From Eledone cirrhosa (Eukaryota): a stretch of DNA of 64,000 nucleotides. Location: assembly GCA_964016885.1 (NCBI GenBank), contig OZ024742.1:201252001-201316000 (forward strand), read 5' to 3'. A model generated the notes under the pieces. The model ran no database searches, was not told the origin of the DNA, and was given only the letters and a program-made list of their open reading frames with translations. Below, one piece after another: positions 12,632-27,610 of the stretch (position 1 is the stretch's first letter; each line of letters begins with the position of its first letter). The position numbers and the translations under genes are program-made.

Positions 12632-12938
12632 AAAACATGAGAGCTGTAGAAACACGTCGGATCTGGGCTGCGACTGACCGAAAAATAGACAATCTTCTAC
12701 TCTGACGGAAGCAGCAGCTGCAGCAGCATCAATTTTGAAGGCAGCGGAAGTAGCAGCAACAGCGGTGGTACAAGTGTGGCAGTGGGGTGAGAGAGATAGA
12801 CAAAGATATAAAATGTTAAAGCTACTACTTTCTCTGTCTTCAAGACAGCTGCTGTTGTTTCCTTCCGAATAGAAGACTGCCATTTTTTCGGTCAGTCGCA
12901 GCCCTGGATGGATGTGTTTCTATTGCTGTCTTGTTTTC
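12632..12938. repeat. About 70-bp imperfect inverted repeat (MITE-like)
   Basis: GGGCTGCGACTGACCGAAAAA near 12665 versus TTTTTCGGTCAGTCGCAGCCC near 12885; about 165-bp spacer. Confidence 0.6.
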
Positions 12939-13420
12939 TTTTATCTATACTAGCAGAAAAACCACCCTTAGGGTGGTTTTCTACAAGCATGTTTAGTGTG
13001 TATGTTGATATTATAGGCAGGTATATATACATGAAGATATGCTACATCAAATGAAATCGCAATTGACAATATATAATACATAGAAATTGAGCGAAGACTG
13101 CGTTACACTGTCTTATGTAATCAGTAATGTAATCCATGATACATTAAAAAAGACGATATCATATATAAACTGCATTAGGAGAAAAATAGTGACGGAAAAT
13201 TAGTATGTTTATCTAAGCGATCGCCACCGGAAGTGTTGACATTTCAGAAATTTTAAAGAAGTGAATCTTTAAATAAACAAAATATATTTAATGAACAGCC
13301 ACGAAATTTAGTAGATAAATTATGTAATATTCATTCATTATTTATTCAAATTAATCCAACTTATTTTACAAACGGGATAAAAAAAATTATAAACCGTACG
13401 CAATCCCGGAGACCTTCCAT

Positions 13421-13599
13421 ATTGGCAGTATCGGTAGAGGCTCGGACGCCATGCTTTCCAGCATAGTTACGTCTCTTTACAGTATGAGTTCAAATCCCTT
13501 CGTGGTTAACTTTGCCTTTCATCCTTACGGGGTCGATAAAATAAAGTACCAGTAATGCACTGGTTAATTGCTGGCCTCGTGCCAAAAGTAGAAACAATT
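13421..13599 (+). mobile_element. tRNA-derived Nin-domain-type SINE
   Basis: TGGCAGTATCGGTAG head, GAGTTCAAATCC B box, CTTTGCCTTTCATCCTTACGGGGTCGATAAAATAAAGTACC core. Confidence 0.85.
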
Positions 13600-14160
13600 T
13601 TTATAGTTTAGATCCCAGCGTCATACCAACAGAAATATTGTTCTATTGTGCGGGTTGGCTATAGTTCTTTATTTTACGTTCTTCAGGCTAGCTATAACGC
13701 TATTCAAATTTCCACCACTGTTTCATATTTTTTAATGCTCTATGTCATATTATATGCCCCATCGCTCTCATACCCTCTTTACTTCTTTCTCTCTATACCA
13801 CTAGCATCTCTCATCATAAGCTTTACACTCTCTATTCCTTTCGTTCTCTCTCTTTCTCTCGCTATCTATCTTAGTATCTTCCTTCTTCTTTGACCATCCT
13901 GAGCATTCTTCCGTTCATGAGAGGTTATATTCATAGTAGCACCTGGCTCCTTTACAGCTATTTTCGTGTTTGTGATTGATACACTTTTATAAACATTTTT
14001 ACACACTCATCACTCCAATTTAATTCATATTATGTTAATATATGCATTTATTCATGGGATAAGAATATAAATAAATCTAGTAGTACAATACTATATCAAA
14101 AATATCGAGTTGTTCCTCGTTTGTGGTCTACTTTGATCACTTGATCAAAACCCAACACAC

Positions 14161-14272
<112 letters not shown>

Positions 14273-14673
14273 GCACACACACACACATACACGTACATGC
14301 ACGTACACACACTCAAAGACACACACGTATATATACATATAGAAATGAGATCTCAACATAAATGTACGCTACCAAATGTTTCAAACTTCAACCACCATTT
14401 GTCATTGACATTATCCTTGAACTATTTTTCGGTAATACCTGACACTATATATATATATATAATGTAGTTAGTACGGTGAAATACTGGTGGTGGTACCAAA
14501 TCAAGCACTCTATGCACAGGCAGAGTGTATAGAGTAGGAAAAACGAGTAGGAAAAACATATGAAACATATTTATAGCGTATCGACCTGTTACGCGCGTTT
14601 CGCAAAGGATTGGCTAAAGGTAATCCATATGAGTTATGGACCCGACTCCAGTATCTTTTGTCGCATCACCAAT

Positions 14674-14750
14674 CTGAGGAGCAGATCAATACCCGAGGGG
14701 TCCAAACTGCTACGGGTCAACTTGAGCCAATCCTCTGCGAAACGTACATA
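14674..14750 (+). ncRNA. Hammerhead motif with long/branched helix II
   Basis: CTGAGGA-GCAGA...TCTGC-GAAA-CGTACATA; its 3' half is duplicated inverted at about 14560-14615. Confidence 0.55.
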
Positions 14751-14807
14751 ACAGGTCAATACGCAATGTATAGTTTTCATATGTAAACTAAACTTCCTCG
14801 TTTTTTC

Positions 14808-14868
<61 letters not shown>

Positions 14869-14939
14869 GCGGAGCAAGCGGTTATCAAACAATTCTCTAC
14901 ATAAATTAAAAAACGATTTAAATAATCACCTGTTCTATT

Positions 14940-15020
14940 GCTGTTACCGACGGTTTCATCATTCCAAAAGATTGGAAATCCAGAGAATTTCCAATGGAGA
15001 GAAATGAATCTTCAGACAGC
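14940..15020 (-). ncRNA. Type I hammerhead ribozyme (paralogue of 11251-11330)
   Basis: GCTGT-CTGAAGA-T-TCATT...AATGA-T-GAAA-CCGTCG-GTA-ACAGC; perfect 5-bp stem I. Confidence 0.8.
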
Positions 15021-15532
15021 TTATTTCCATACTATAAGGTTGCCAGCCCTACAGTAAGTAAATATTTCGCTTCCTGCCCAACGCATGCGGTCAAGCCGTT
15101 AAAATGACACACACGCAAAATCAGGTCGCAGATAATAGCTGTTTATTATATGATATGATATGTATGATATGATCCCGTAACTCCTGATGGTGTCGCGGGA
15201 ATGCGGTATTGATATACGACGTTTCTCGTGCGTTAACATTTAATACAAATAACACCTTACCTTCTGAACTATGAAATCATTTAAACTATAAATTCAAATT
15301 CCTTCTAAAAAATTACTCCTTCCATATATACAATTGACACGATATTTTTTTGACTACTATATTCTTTGAACTATATTTGTAACCGATTTATTTTGATATT
15401 TTGATCATTGATAGATAATATCTGTTTTTCTTTAGTGATTTGTATTGGTCTTTTAATTAAACTCTGATGACACCCATATAATTATATATATACAGAGAAA
15501 GAGAGAGAGGGGGAGACAGAGAGAGAGGCAGC

Positions 15533-15583
<51 letters not shown>

Positions 15584-16728
15584 CACAATAATACAAGGAC
15601 AATTTGTTATGCCTTCATTACGTTTACTGATTGGTGACGCGCGTTTCGCTATTGATCACCTGAAGGTTCGATCTGTATCGATCTGGCCCGACTCTGGAAC
15701 CATAAGCTCGTCGGACCTCTGCTGTTGTAATGACATCACCTGGGTGAACCTACAGTAACTTCATGTTACACTCCCTGGATGTATATATACATATATATTG
15801 ACTGTTTTAGAAAAATAGAAAGAGAATGACAGAAATATAGAGAGATAAATTTGTCCATTCTTTCAGCGGTAAATTGTCTATTAACAGACAGGAATTCAGA
15901 CACATACAAATATACAAACACATATATACATACACACGCAATGCCACAAACATCTGATGTCACTTAAATAATAATTTTAAAAAAAAAGTTGATGACTCCA
16001 TGTATGGGACATCCATTTTATTAAAAACTCTTGAGGAAATTTGATGAATTTTGCCAGAGTAACATTAAATACTTTTTGCTAAAAAGATTATTCTTGTTGT
16101 CAAAGGGACTAAGAAACTCAGTAGAGGGGGGGGGGGGGGCAAATAAAGTGGTATGGCCGTCGCTGTTGGGACCCCCATTAAATCCGGTCCTGTACACACA
16201 TACGCACTCAAACACACATACATATATACTTTTTTCATCTACCACACTTAAACTGTACCATGTGTAATTCCATTAAGATCGCTTTAAATTCTAAGTATTA
16301 TATATTTATTTTTGAAATATTTAATCTACCTTAAAATACGATAAAAAGGAATATTTTTAACTCGCATTTATATGTTGCTTGAAGATTATCTGCCCTTAAA
16401 AAATATATAATAAACAAATAGGAAAATAAAAAGTTATGAAACCACTTATTCAAAATCCTAACAAAGACGAAAGTAGTGTTTTAAAAAAGGGGGAATAATC
16501 CATTTTTATGTATGTATTTATGGTTGTATGTATGTATGTATGTATGTATGTATGTATTTATGGTTGTATGTATGTATGTATGTATGTATTTATGTATTTA
16601 TGGATGGATGTATCTATCTATCTACCTAACTACCTACATTTATTTCTATCTAAGCATTTATCTCTTGTTCAATCAATCAGTCTATCTATCTAGCTATCTA
16701 TTAATCTCTCTCTCTCTGTCTCTTTCTC

Positions 16729-16840
<112 letters not shown>

Positions 16841-16859
16841 ATATATATATGTATATATG

Positions 16860-16913
<54 letters not shown>

Positions 16914-16963
16914 TATATATATATATATATACATTTAATATATATATTTAATATATATATCTA

Positions 16964-17052
<89 letters not shown>

Positions 17053-17538
17053 CACTCCCTTTCTGTATCTGTCTGTCTCCCTATATATTTACAAATCCGT
17101 ACACCACTCTATCTGTTACACAGATCCATCGTCTATTATTTCTTGATATCTCCCCAGATTTAAACCGCAGACAATAGAGTAAATTATAAAATAACGACCT
17201 CTCTTTCCGCTCCTCTCTATGTCACTCTCCCACTCTCTATGTCTCTATCAGCATATCTTTCTCTATTCCAAGGTATTCTCTTTTTCACTCAGTCTCTCTT
17301 TATTAAACACTATCTTTCTCGTTCCAAATTTTTTTTCGGTACCAAAGCCATTTCTATAATTGAGAATGGCACTAAAATGTAAGTTACTTTAAAAGGTTCA
17401 CCAACATCACATTTAAGTGGGCATACACACATGTGCAAACACTCACACGCAGACATATGTACGTACATATTCACATGCACGCATGCATAGACATATACTT
17501 AGATATAGGTATGCTTTTATGTCTAGACATGTATGTAT

Positions 17539-17619
<81 letters not shown>

Positions 17620-17665
17620 GTACACGCACGGACACATAGTTGAATATATATAATTAATTGAAATG

Positions 17666-17746
<81 letters not shown>

Positions 17747-17780
17747 TAAAAACTAATGAAAGAAAAAGCACCAGAAAAAT

Positions 17781-18665
17781 ACGCATACACACGTATATGC
17801 ACGTATATGTATACACACGTATATGCACGTATATGTACGTATATGTATACACACGTATATGTACGTATATGTATACACGCGTATATGCACGTATATGTAT
17901 ACACAGGTATATGTACGTATATGTATACACACGTATATGCACGTATATGTATACACACGTATATGCACGTATATGTATACACACGTATATGTACGTATAT
18001 GTATACACGCGTACATGTACGTATATGTATACACACGTATATGTACGTATATGTATACACACGTATATGCACGTATATGTACGTATATGTATACACACGT
18101 ATATGTACGTATATGTATACACATGTACATGTACATATATGTATACACACGTATATGTACGTATATGTACGTATATGTATGTATATGTACGTATATGTAC
18201 GTATATGTATACACACGTATATGTACGTATATGTACGTATATGTACGTATATGTACGTATATGTACGTATATGTATACACGCGTACATGTACGTATATGT
18301 ATACACACGTATATGTACGTATATGTACGTATATGTATACACACGTATATGTACGTATATGTATACACATGTACATGTACATATATGTATACACGCGTAC
18401 ATGTACGTATATGTATACACACGTATATGTACGTATATGTATACACACGTATATGTACGTATATATGTATACACACGTATATGTACGTATATATGTATAC
18501 ACACGTATATGTACGTATATGTATACACACGTATATGTACGTATATGTATACACACGTATATGTACGTTTATATGTATACACACGTATATGTACGTATAT
18601 GTATACACACGTATATATACGTATATGTATACACACGTATATGTACGTATATATGTATACACACA
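17781..18665. repeat. Compound minisatellite (10/14/24-bp modules, ACACGTATATGTACGTATATGTAT)
   Basis: Directly visible tandem array with almost strict purine/pyrimidine alternation. Confidence 0.95.
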
Positions 18666-18967
18666 CACCTACAAAAATATACAACTGTAACAAAAAACTA
18701 AAACAAACACTAAAATACAATAGCAAATAAGAATGAGAAAACAAATAACCGATAAACAAATAAAAACACACGAGAGGAAATAAAATAGTGCCGAGGAGAG
18801 ACATTCCAGAAGGTTCCATCATTGACCTGACATCAAAACCAGTTTTAAAAAGAAACAAAAAACCTTTAAAGTCACATCCATCCCCCAGAAAGATGGCGGC
18901 ATACGGTGAAAGATGAAAAGAAAAAAAAATACATTTCATTGAGATGCATGCGGTGGAATTTTGAGAA

Positions 18968-19478
<511 letters not shown>

Positions 19479-19714
19479 TTTTTTTTTTTCGTTTAATTCT
19501 TTCTTTCGATTTTCTTTTTTTTCTTTCTGTCTTCCTGTACTTCTCCCTATCTATTGCTCTCATTCTTGCCCCCCCCCCCTTCCGCCCCACTTCTCTCTCT
19601 CTTCCGATATCTACTGATGGGATTTGAGTATATAAAGCGCTCAAACTCATAAAAATGTGTACCATTGATGCACTTATGTACATACACATGAGTAAATATA
19701 TATATAAACATATA

Positions 19715-19763
<49 letters not shown>

Positions 19764-19804
19764 TTATATAAACATATATATATACATATATATATATTTA
19801 TATC

Positions 19805-19925
<121 letters not shown>

Positions 19926-20241
19926 GTATCTATATGTACACCTATGTGTTTGTACTTAGGAACATGTATGTAAGTTTTTATTATAACTTTTGTTCATTGT
20001 TACTTAACGCATTCACTCCATTTTCCTCTAGTGTACATTCAATATGACGGATACTTAAAGTGATTGCGATGTCGGTGCTATAATCCTTTCTATAAACCTC
20101 ATGTAATCAGTACACCAGTATTCTATGTTACATCCTTGGTTAAGATTAGTGACCATTCTTTCTGGCAAAGCTTAAAATGTCACGTGTAAATCTATATATG
20201 TTCTGTCTTATATCTACCTAGCTATTTATCTATCGATACAC

Positions 20242-20299
<58 letters not shown>

Positions 20300-20305
<6 letters not shown>

Positions 20306-22852
20306 GTGAAGTTTTTTTTACAAAATGAAAAATAACCGAGGTGTCCTACACGAGTGAAAGTATAAAGAAAAAAAGATGAAATCGAAAATGCAACTGGAGT
20401 CTTATTTTAAGAAAAATATATATATTTATTTGGTTCCTTTACCGGTTTCGCAGTTCTTCTGCTTTTCAAAAGTAGAGTTGAGATAGAGGGTCTGTGGTTT
20501 TTCTCACATCTGGTTGGTCTCTGAATGTTACTTGTTTTATATGGAAAAAAGTGGCGCGAAGTGCCTGGACTTCTAAGTATGCCATGACTAAGTTGGCATG
20601 CTTAGAAGTCCAGATATATGAACAATCCAAATCAAAATACTGATTGAACTTCCACAAATATTTATCAGAGAATTGGAAACGCTACTTGGATGATTGTCTC
20701 ATTCTTTGGTCCCACACACTCGACCAACTGAAGGATTTCAAAAACTTAATAAACGGCATCAATAACCACATCCAATTCAGAATGGAATACAGCCAAGATC
20801 AACTCCCATTTCTGGACATCTTAATCTTAAAAAAAGACACAAATATTGAAACTGTCATACACTACAAACCAACAGATTCTAAACAATACCTGCTATTCAC
20901 CTCCATCCATCCAGAGCACACGAAGACGAACATTCCTTTTAACCTAGCAAGAAGAATTTGCACAATTGTCTCCAATTATGAAACGTGATATAAAAGACTT
21001 CAAGAATTAAAGGAAATTCTACTCGAAAGAGAGTGCCCATCATTACTAATAAATAATGGAATAGAAAGGGCTAAAGCAATAGGCATTGATGAATTACGAA
21101 AACAGAAACAAATTCAAGGTACGTCCAATATTCTATCATATAAGAAATGCGGAAGCTTACAACACTATTCACAAGAACATCCCACTACTAAAACAAAACC
21201 CAAGAATGAAAACAGCTCTTGAAACACACAAAATAATCAAAAACAAAAGACAACCGAAATCACTGAAGACATTACTCACCAATGCCAAATTACCTACCAC
21301 AAACCCACAACCAACTGTCAAAAAATGTGGTAGCTCTAATTGTGGAACCTGCACTCCCCTCATTGAAGGCAACACGTATACATTTAAATCAGAACAAAAT
21401 TTTGCTGTAAAAAATCACTTCACTTGCTCATCAAAAAATCTAGTTTATGCCATTAAATGTAAAGGATGCAATGAAGATTATATAGGACAAACTAAACTCA
21501 CACTCAGAAACAGAATGACAGTTCATCGCCAACAATTACGAGATCCAACCACGAGACAAATACCACTAAGCACACATCTAGACATATGCGCAAGTAATAA
21601 GACACCCAAATTCCAAGTCTTCCCATTTTACCTTTGCGCTGAACAATACAACAGAACAAATACGAATAAATAAGGAAAATATGTTTATTCAAAAATATAG
21701 ACCAGCATTAAATATGGTTTAATATACATTATGTCAACACCATAACATTTTAACCATCCAAACAGACACATACACACACACATAACACCTGCTACTTTAG
21801 AAAATAAAAACCCGAACTAAATAAACCTTAACATACGTTTGAGCTGACAATACAACAGAACAAATACGAATAAGTAAGGAAAATATGTTCATTCAAAAAT
21901 ATTCCTACTAAAGGAATCATTTTCCTACACACACACACACACAATATATATATATTCTCTTCATCTTAACATGCTAACCATACTCCCACACACATAGCAC
22001 CCATACACACACATAACAAACACCACCCTCGCACCCACAACTCCCTCCCCCATTTCTACTAATAAAATCACTTTCCTACACATATATACACACACACAAA
22101 ATATATATATTCTCTCCATCTTAACATACTCCCCCACACACACACATAACACCCATATACACACACACACAACTCCCTCCCCCATTTCAACTAATAGAAT
22201 AATCTTCCAATACACACACACACACACACAAGCATACATATAAACATACACATCTTTACTTTCTTTACTTCAATAGAAAATCTGAATTCTGACACCCCAT
22301 ATTCACTGAACCAGAACAATTCTCCCATCCAATTTCTCTTGACCATTATCTTTTGCTTGTCATAAAATTCTCTAAAAAGGCTACAGAATAGATTTCCAAA
22401 TAAGGGCGCGAAAATTTAATGAAAACTTGTTCACGTGACAGCCATAATTTCATTTATAACCAATCAAATTACGTTTATTAAAAAAAGCCTTAGTGAGCCC
22501 CTTTTTTTAAGTAAAAAGAAATTCAAACACTCACATATGAAAAAACAACCTGTGCCCCCCCCCCCCACCTTGTTTGAAGAACTTTGTAACGCGAACTGGC
22601 GCGAAATTTATTATAATTATTGACCAACGAATCAAATTACTTCTCTAAAAACCTGGCATTTCGAGCCACTTTTTTCCATATAAAACAAGTAACATTCAGA
22701 GACCAACCAGATGTGAGAAAAACCACAGACCCTCCATCTCAACTCTACTTTTGAAAATCAGAAGAACTGCGAAACCCGTAAAGGAACCAAATAAATATAT
22801 ATATTTTTTTTAAAATAAGACTCCATTTGCATTTTCGATTTCATCTTTTTTT
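20300..22852 (+). mobile_element. 5'-truncated Penelope-like element (Neptune-like) with inverted pseudo-LTR
   Basis: About 20365-20565 is the reverse complement of about 22655-22852; RT and GIY-YIG coding remnants between; (TA)n both sides. Confidence 0.85.
20575..21715 (+). pseudogene. PLE RT C-terminal half plus Cys linker and GIY-YIG endonuclease (disrupted)
   Basis: WKRYLDDCLILW, LPFLDILI, HYKPTDSKQYL; CGSSNCGTC linker; NLVYAIKCKGCNEDYIGQT..LRNRMTVH; stop and frameshift near 20988-21140. Confidence 0.9.
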
Positions 22853-23544
22853 CTCTCTCTATATATATATATATATACATATATATATACATATATATAT
22901 ACATATATATATATATGATGGTTGATTAAATACACACGTACTTTTTCTCAAAAACTTTTCTTCCTTTCCTACCCCTTCTCACAGTCTATCTTTCTATGTC
23001 ATCTTCTATATTTCATTCAATCTTCTGATGAAGGTCTTGTATCCAAAACAATAAAGACTCTTTTCCTACTATATCATGCGTTAACCCAAGGTATACCAAT
23101 CGTTTTCGTTCCATCGCCCACTTTGACCAGGCAAAGGTTTCCACCGCCCATCTAGTACCAAAACAAAACTCTTTGGTAAAGATTTCTTACTGGTTCGTTA
23201 TTTCAAATCAGCCTTCTGTTTTTCTATTGTTTTTTTTTTTATACAGGTTCTTTGTATACATCATTTGAGTTTTTTTCTTTTCGTGGGTAGCACATGTTGA
23301 GATACATTTATAATACTCAAAATCCTACACCCACCAAACTTTCCAATCGCTGTTCAGTTGCTCATGGCTCACCTAACAGTTGAAATCGCCCATGCTGGGA
23401 AACCTTGGGTTAAACTAATATATATCTCCGTTGTACTGTGCTGCTTGTTTTGTTGTTCCGTTTACCTTATATATGATGGTTTTTATCCATTTAGAATTCA
23501 TTTCTGGCGGGGATCATGGTAGAAAACTTAGTCTAGGCTGGGGT

Positions 23545-23617
23545 GTCTCCTGATGAGTTCCAAGATCCAAGATCGGGTATATCTAAAAAATGGAAGGAAA
23601 CTACCGGCAGTCGGGAC
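23545..23617 (+). ncRNA. Type I hammerhead ribozyme
   Basis: GTCTC-CTGATGA-G-TTCCA...TGGAA-G-GAAA-CT-ACCGGC-A-GTC-GGGAC; all three helices present; first helix II pair mismatched. Confidence 0.7.
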
Positions 23618-23910
23618 TAGAAGAATTTTGGTAAAGTTTATGTGCATTTTTTCTTCAAACTTCTATTTTGTACCTAACTCCGTGTAGTTAATTATTTGTC
23701 TAGACAATTTCTACAGGTTAAAAGAAATAACTGGATGAATTTTATATGGCTGTACAACGCGGAAGATAGTCTGTATCATTTGTCTATTATTTCTCCATAG
23801 TTACATTTAAACTTATAGCCTCGTTTAAATGATTTTTTATGAGGTTGATTTATACGGACTAGGGAGAGGAAATACTGTATATATGTTATCTAATAGTACT
23901 TCAAACTTGC

Positions 23911-24004
<94 letters not shown>

Positions 24005-24008
<4 letters not shown>

Positions 24009-24401
24009 ATAATAATAAAATTGAAGACTAAAATCCAAAGAGGGTTCGATAAGGAAAATATATATCAAATATATAAGAACCGTAGAGCAAATATTTATTA
24101 AAATAACAGATTAAAGTTTAAGCAAAGAATCGCTGCTTTCACCCTTAACGGGATCTTCTGAAACTAACAAAGTCAATCTGTAAACGCAAAACTGGATATT
24201 TCAAAAAACGTTTCAACCGGAGGAAGACAGGAAGACGATACTTTGGTTCGTGGTAACGTTCGCTGGCAAAGAACGGGAAAAAACGAATAATACGTCATTA
24301 ATAGGAGCGGTGAAAAACAATTACGCGCAAAGACAAAACCACGTTTATGGTATAAGGGTGAAAGCAGCGATTCTTTGCTTAAACTTTAATCTGTTACTTT
24401 A

Positions 24402-24406
<5 letters not shown>
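24005..24406 (-). mobile_element. Pseudo-LTR fragment of the 58.2-59.9 kb PLE family with short inverted end
   Basis: Reverse complement of about 59545-59897; 24354-24406 inverts 24095-24147. Confidence 0.75.
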
Positions 24407-24492
<86 letters not shown>

Positions 24493-24496
24493 TATA

Positions 24497-24595
24497 TGGC
24501 TTTTACAGGACTAGAACTGTTTCATTCGAAGGAAATCATCAGAAAAGCCCCGATGATTTCTTTCGAATGAAACAGTTCTAGTCCTGTAGAAGCCA
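24497..24595. ncRNA. Fold-back pair of minimal hammerhead motifs
   Basis: Minus arm CTGATGA-TTTCCTTCGAAT-GAAA-CAG; plus arm CCGATGA-TTTCTTTCGAAT-GAAA-CAG; about 45-bp arms; related fragment near 29107-29150. Confidence 0.55.
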
Positions 24596-24652
24596 TTTCT
24601 ATATTAAATATCTATACTCTGCTAAGTATTGAGTACTTTACTTACTGTGTTT

Positions 24653-24762
<110 letters not shown>

Positions 24763-25050
24763 AAGGAATTGTCTCATCATACATACAGTGTAGGTCATAA
24801 TAGGAACACGAAACCAATGCTCGCACGTACCTCTTCAGTGTACGTTACTGACGTACACGTAGTTCTCTGAGAGGTTAAGGGTTATACAATGTGAGACGAG
24901 GCTGGTGCCTTGAATTACATGGGCAAATCATTTTGCAGGTCTGGGTAGCAGAGTCATGCGAACTCATCTTATAATCATGAATACAACACCACAGTCACTA
25001 CGTCACAAACAACATCCACAAACTAATCTATCTTTAAAACTCACTCTCTT

Positions 25051-25130
<80 letters not shown>

Positions 25131-25284
25131 TTCTGATTAATTGTAACCAATTATTTAATGAAATATTATTAAACTTAATTTGTCCTCTTATTCAGAATGA
25201 TAACGGCTATCGTATTCTCCATGCTAAATATATTTGAAGTTGAAAAGAATTGGCGAGTGAAAGCAAATGGACTACATTATTACT

Positions 25285-25461
25285 TTGGCAGTATCGGTAG
25301 AACGTCAGACACTATGCCTTGTAGCATAGAGTTACGATCCTTTACAGTCTGAGTTCAAATCTCGCCGAGGTTAACTTTGTCTTTCACCCTTACGAGGTCG
25401 ATAAAATAAAGTTTCAGTAATGCATTGGCATAATTGCTGGCCTTGTGCCAGAAGTAGAAAC
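25285..25461 (+). mobile_element. Nin-domain-type SINE
   Basis: Same head, B box and core as 13421; decayed relatives continue to about 26300. Confidence 0.8.
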
Positions 25462-26314
25462 ACATATTACTAATGTTGATTTCTAATTTAGGTACAAGAC
25501 AGTGAATTGGTACTATTTTTAACATGTCAAATAGAATGATTGGGATATTCTTTCCGACTCTAAGCTCTCTGAGTGCAAATCCCGCCGAAGTAAAATTTAC
25601 AATTCATACGATGGCTGCATCTGCCTCTATATCTCTTTCTCACTTCCACTATCTCACTCTCTCTCTCTCTATTCTCTGAAAGAAAACGTGTATGTTGAGA
25701 GCTGTAGAAGGGATGGACTCCGCCAGGTTTAACTCACGTTGAATATCCCTACGTTATCCCTAAGACTCCACGACAATTTAAGCACAATGCCAGCAAATTT
25801 GGGAGAAGTTTGATTAAATCAACCCTAGTTCTTGACTGGTATTTAATTTTATCTATCCTAGAAGAATGAAAGGTAAGATTGACCCCGGCTTCAATCTGAA
25901 CACAGAACGTGAAGCGTCGTAACTAAAAGCATTTTGCCAGATGCTTTAAATTTTCTTATTATTTACGACCTTGATAATATTAGTTTCAGACTTAAGCACA
26001 AGGTCAGCAAGTTTTTGGTGGGTGGGGGAAATAGCTTAAATCGACCCCAGTGCATTACTGGTGTTTTACTTTATCGACCCCCGTAAAGATGAAAAGCAAA
26101 GCTCTCCTCAGCAGAATTTGAACTCAGAACGTAAATTGACGCAACTTCTTATTTTGGCACATATTCAGTAATTTGGGAGAGACAATATCGATTATAATGA
26201 CCTCGAAATGACGAAAGGCAAAGTTAACTCAAGAGATATTTTAACTCTGTACATAGCGGGGCAGAATAAACACGGGGAAGTATCTTGTCTGATACTCGAA
26301 ATATTCTGCCATTC

Positions 26315-26472
26315 CGACACCATGCTTTGTAGCATAGAGTTATGGTCCTTTACGTTCTGAGTTCAAATCCCGCCGAGCTTAACTTTGTCTTTCATCCTTA
26401 CGGGGTCGATAAAATAAAGTACCAGTAATGCACTAAGTAATTGCTGGCCTTATGCCAAATGTAGAGACAATT
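26315..26472 (+). mobile_element. Nin-domain-type SINE
   Basis: GAGTTCAAATCCCGCCGAG...CATCCTTACGGGGTCGATAAAATAAAGTACC. Confidence 0.8.
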
Positions 26473-26500
26473 ATTACTACTTTATCACGCTGGTATTCAA

Positions 26501-26568
<68 letters not shown>

Positions 26569-26803
26569 GATGCATACATACACATGCACACACACATATG
26601 TGTTTACAACCACATACATACATACACATAAATTCTATTTTGTTTGCTTCTTTTATCCTCGAGTCTTATTACAAATACGTTTTAGTACACGCACGTCCAA
26701 ACACCAACAGCCACACTCACACACACATACACAGACACACATATATACAAATGTGTTTGTGTGTGTGTGTGTGAGTACATTATATACATACATATATATA
26801 TAG

Positions 26804-26845
<42 letters not shown>

Positions 26846-27012
26846 GTATGTGTGTGTGTTTGTGTGTGTGTGTGTGAGTGTGAGTGTGTGTACATTTATA
26901 TACATATATACAAACTTATATGTTCATATATCTATCGATCAATCTTACATATCTATACTTATCTATCTAATCATACACACACATACACACTCACACACAC
27001 ACGCACACTCAC

Positions 27013-27068
<56 letters not shown>

Positions 27069-27451
27069 GAGGTGAGTTTTATTGTACCACAATAAAGCAA
27101 TGTAAATTATGTATTATCTTGCAACGGTTTTTTTTTTAATTTCTCTCTGTGAGACTGTTTCTCAGTATTATAGGTTATCTCTCTCTCACTCATTTTCTCC
27201 TCCTCTCTCATCCTTCCTCCGTCATCCTTTCCTTATTATTATAGTGCACCTGAGCACTGTACACAATAATTTCATTATTATCATTATCATATTTATTTTC
27301 TTATTATATTCTTTCTTCTTCTTCCTTACCTCCCCCCCCCCTTCTTTCCTTTTTTTCCCAATCTCATATATCCCTCTTATTTTATTTTTCATATGTTGAT
27401 TTAACACTTCACTGCTCGCAAGTGTTTTTTAAGCTTCATATCATGTCTCCC

Positions 27452-27522
27452 TATTGTATCTGATGAGAACGCAAATATCATCCCATGATGATATTTGTTT
27501 TTGAAATGCGCATAATAAAATA
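27452..27522 (+). ncRNA. Type I hammerhead motif
   Basis: TATTGTAT-CTGATGA-GAACGCAAATATCATC-CCAT-GATGATATTTGTTTTT-GAAA-TGCGC-ATA-ATAAAATA; palindromic ATGCGCAT helix III. Confidence 0.7.
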
Positions 27523-27552
27523 CATGGAACTCTTTTAACCATCTTTTGATTT

Positions 27553-27610
<58 letters not shown>

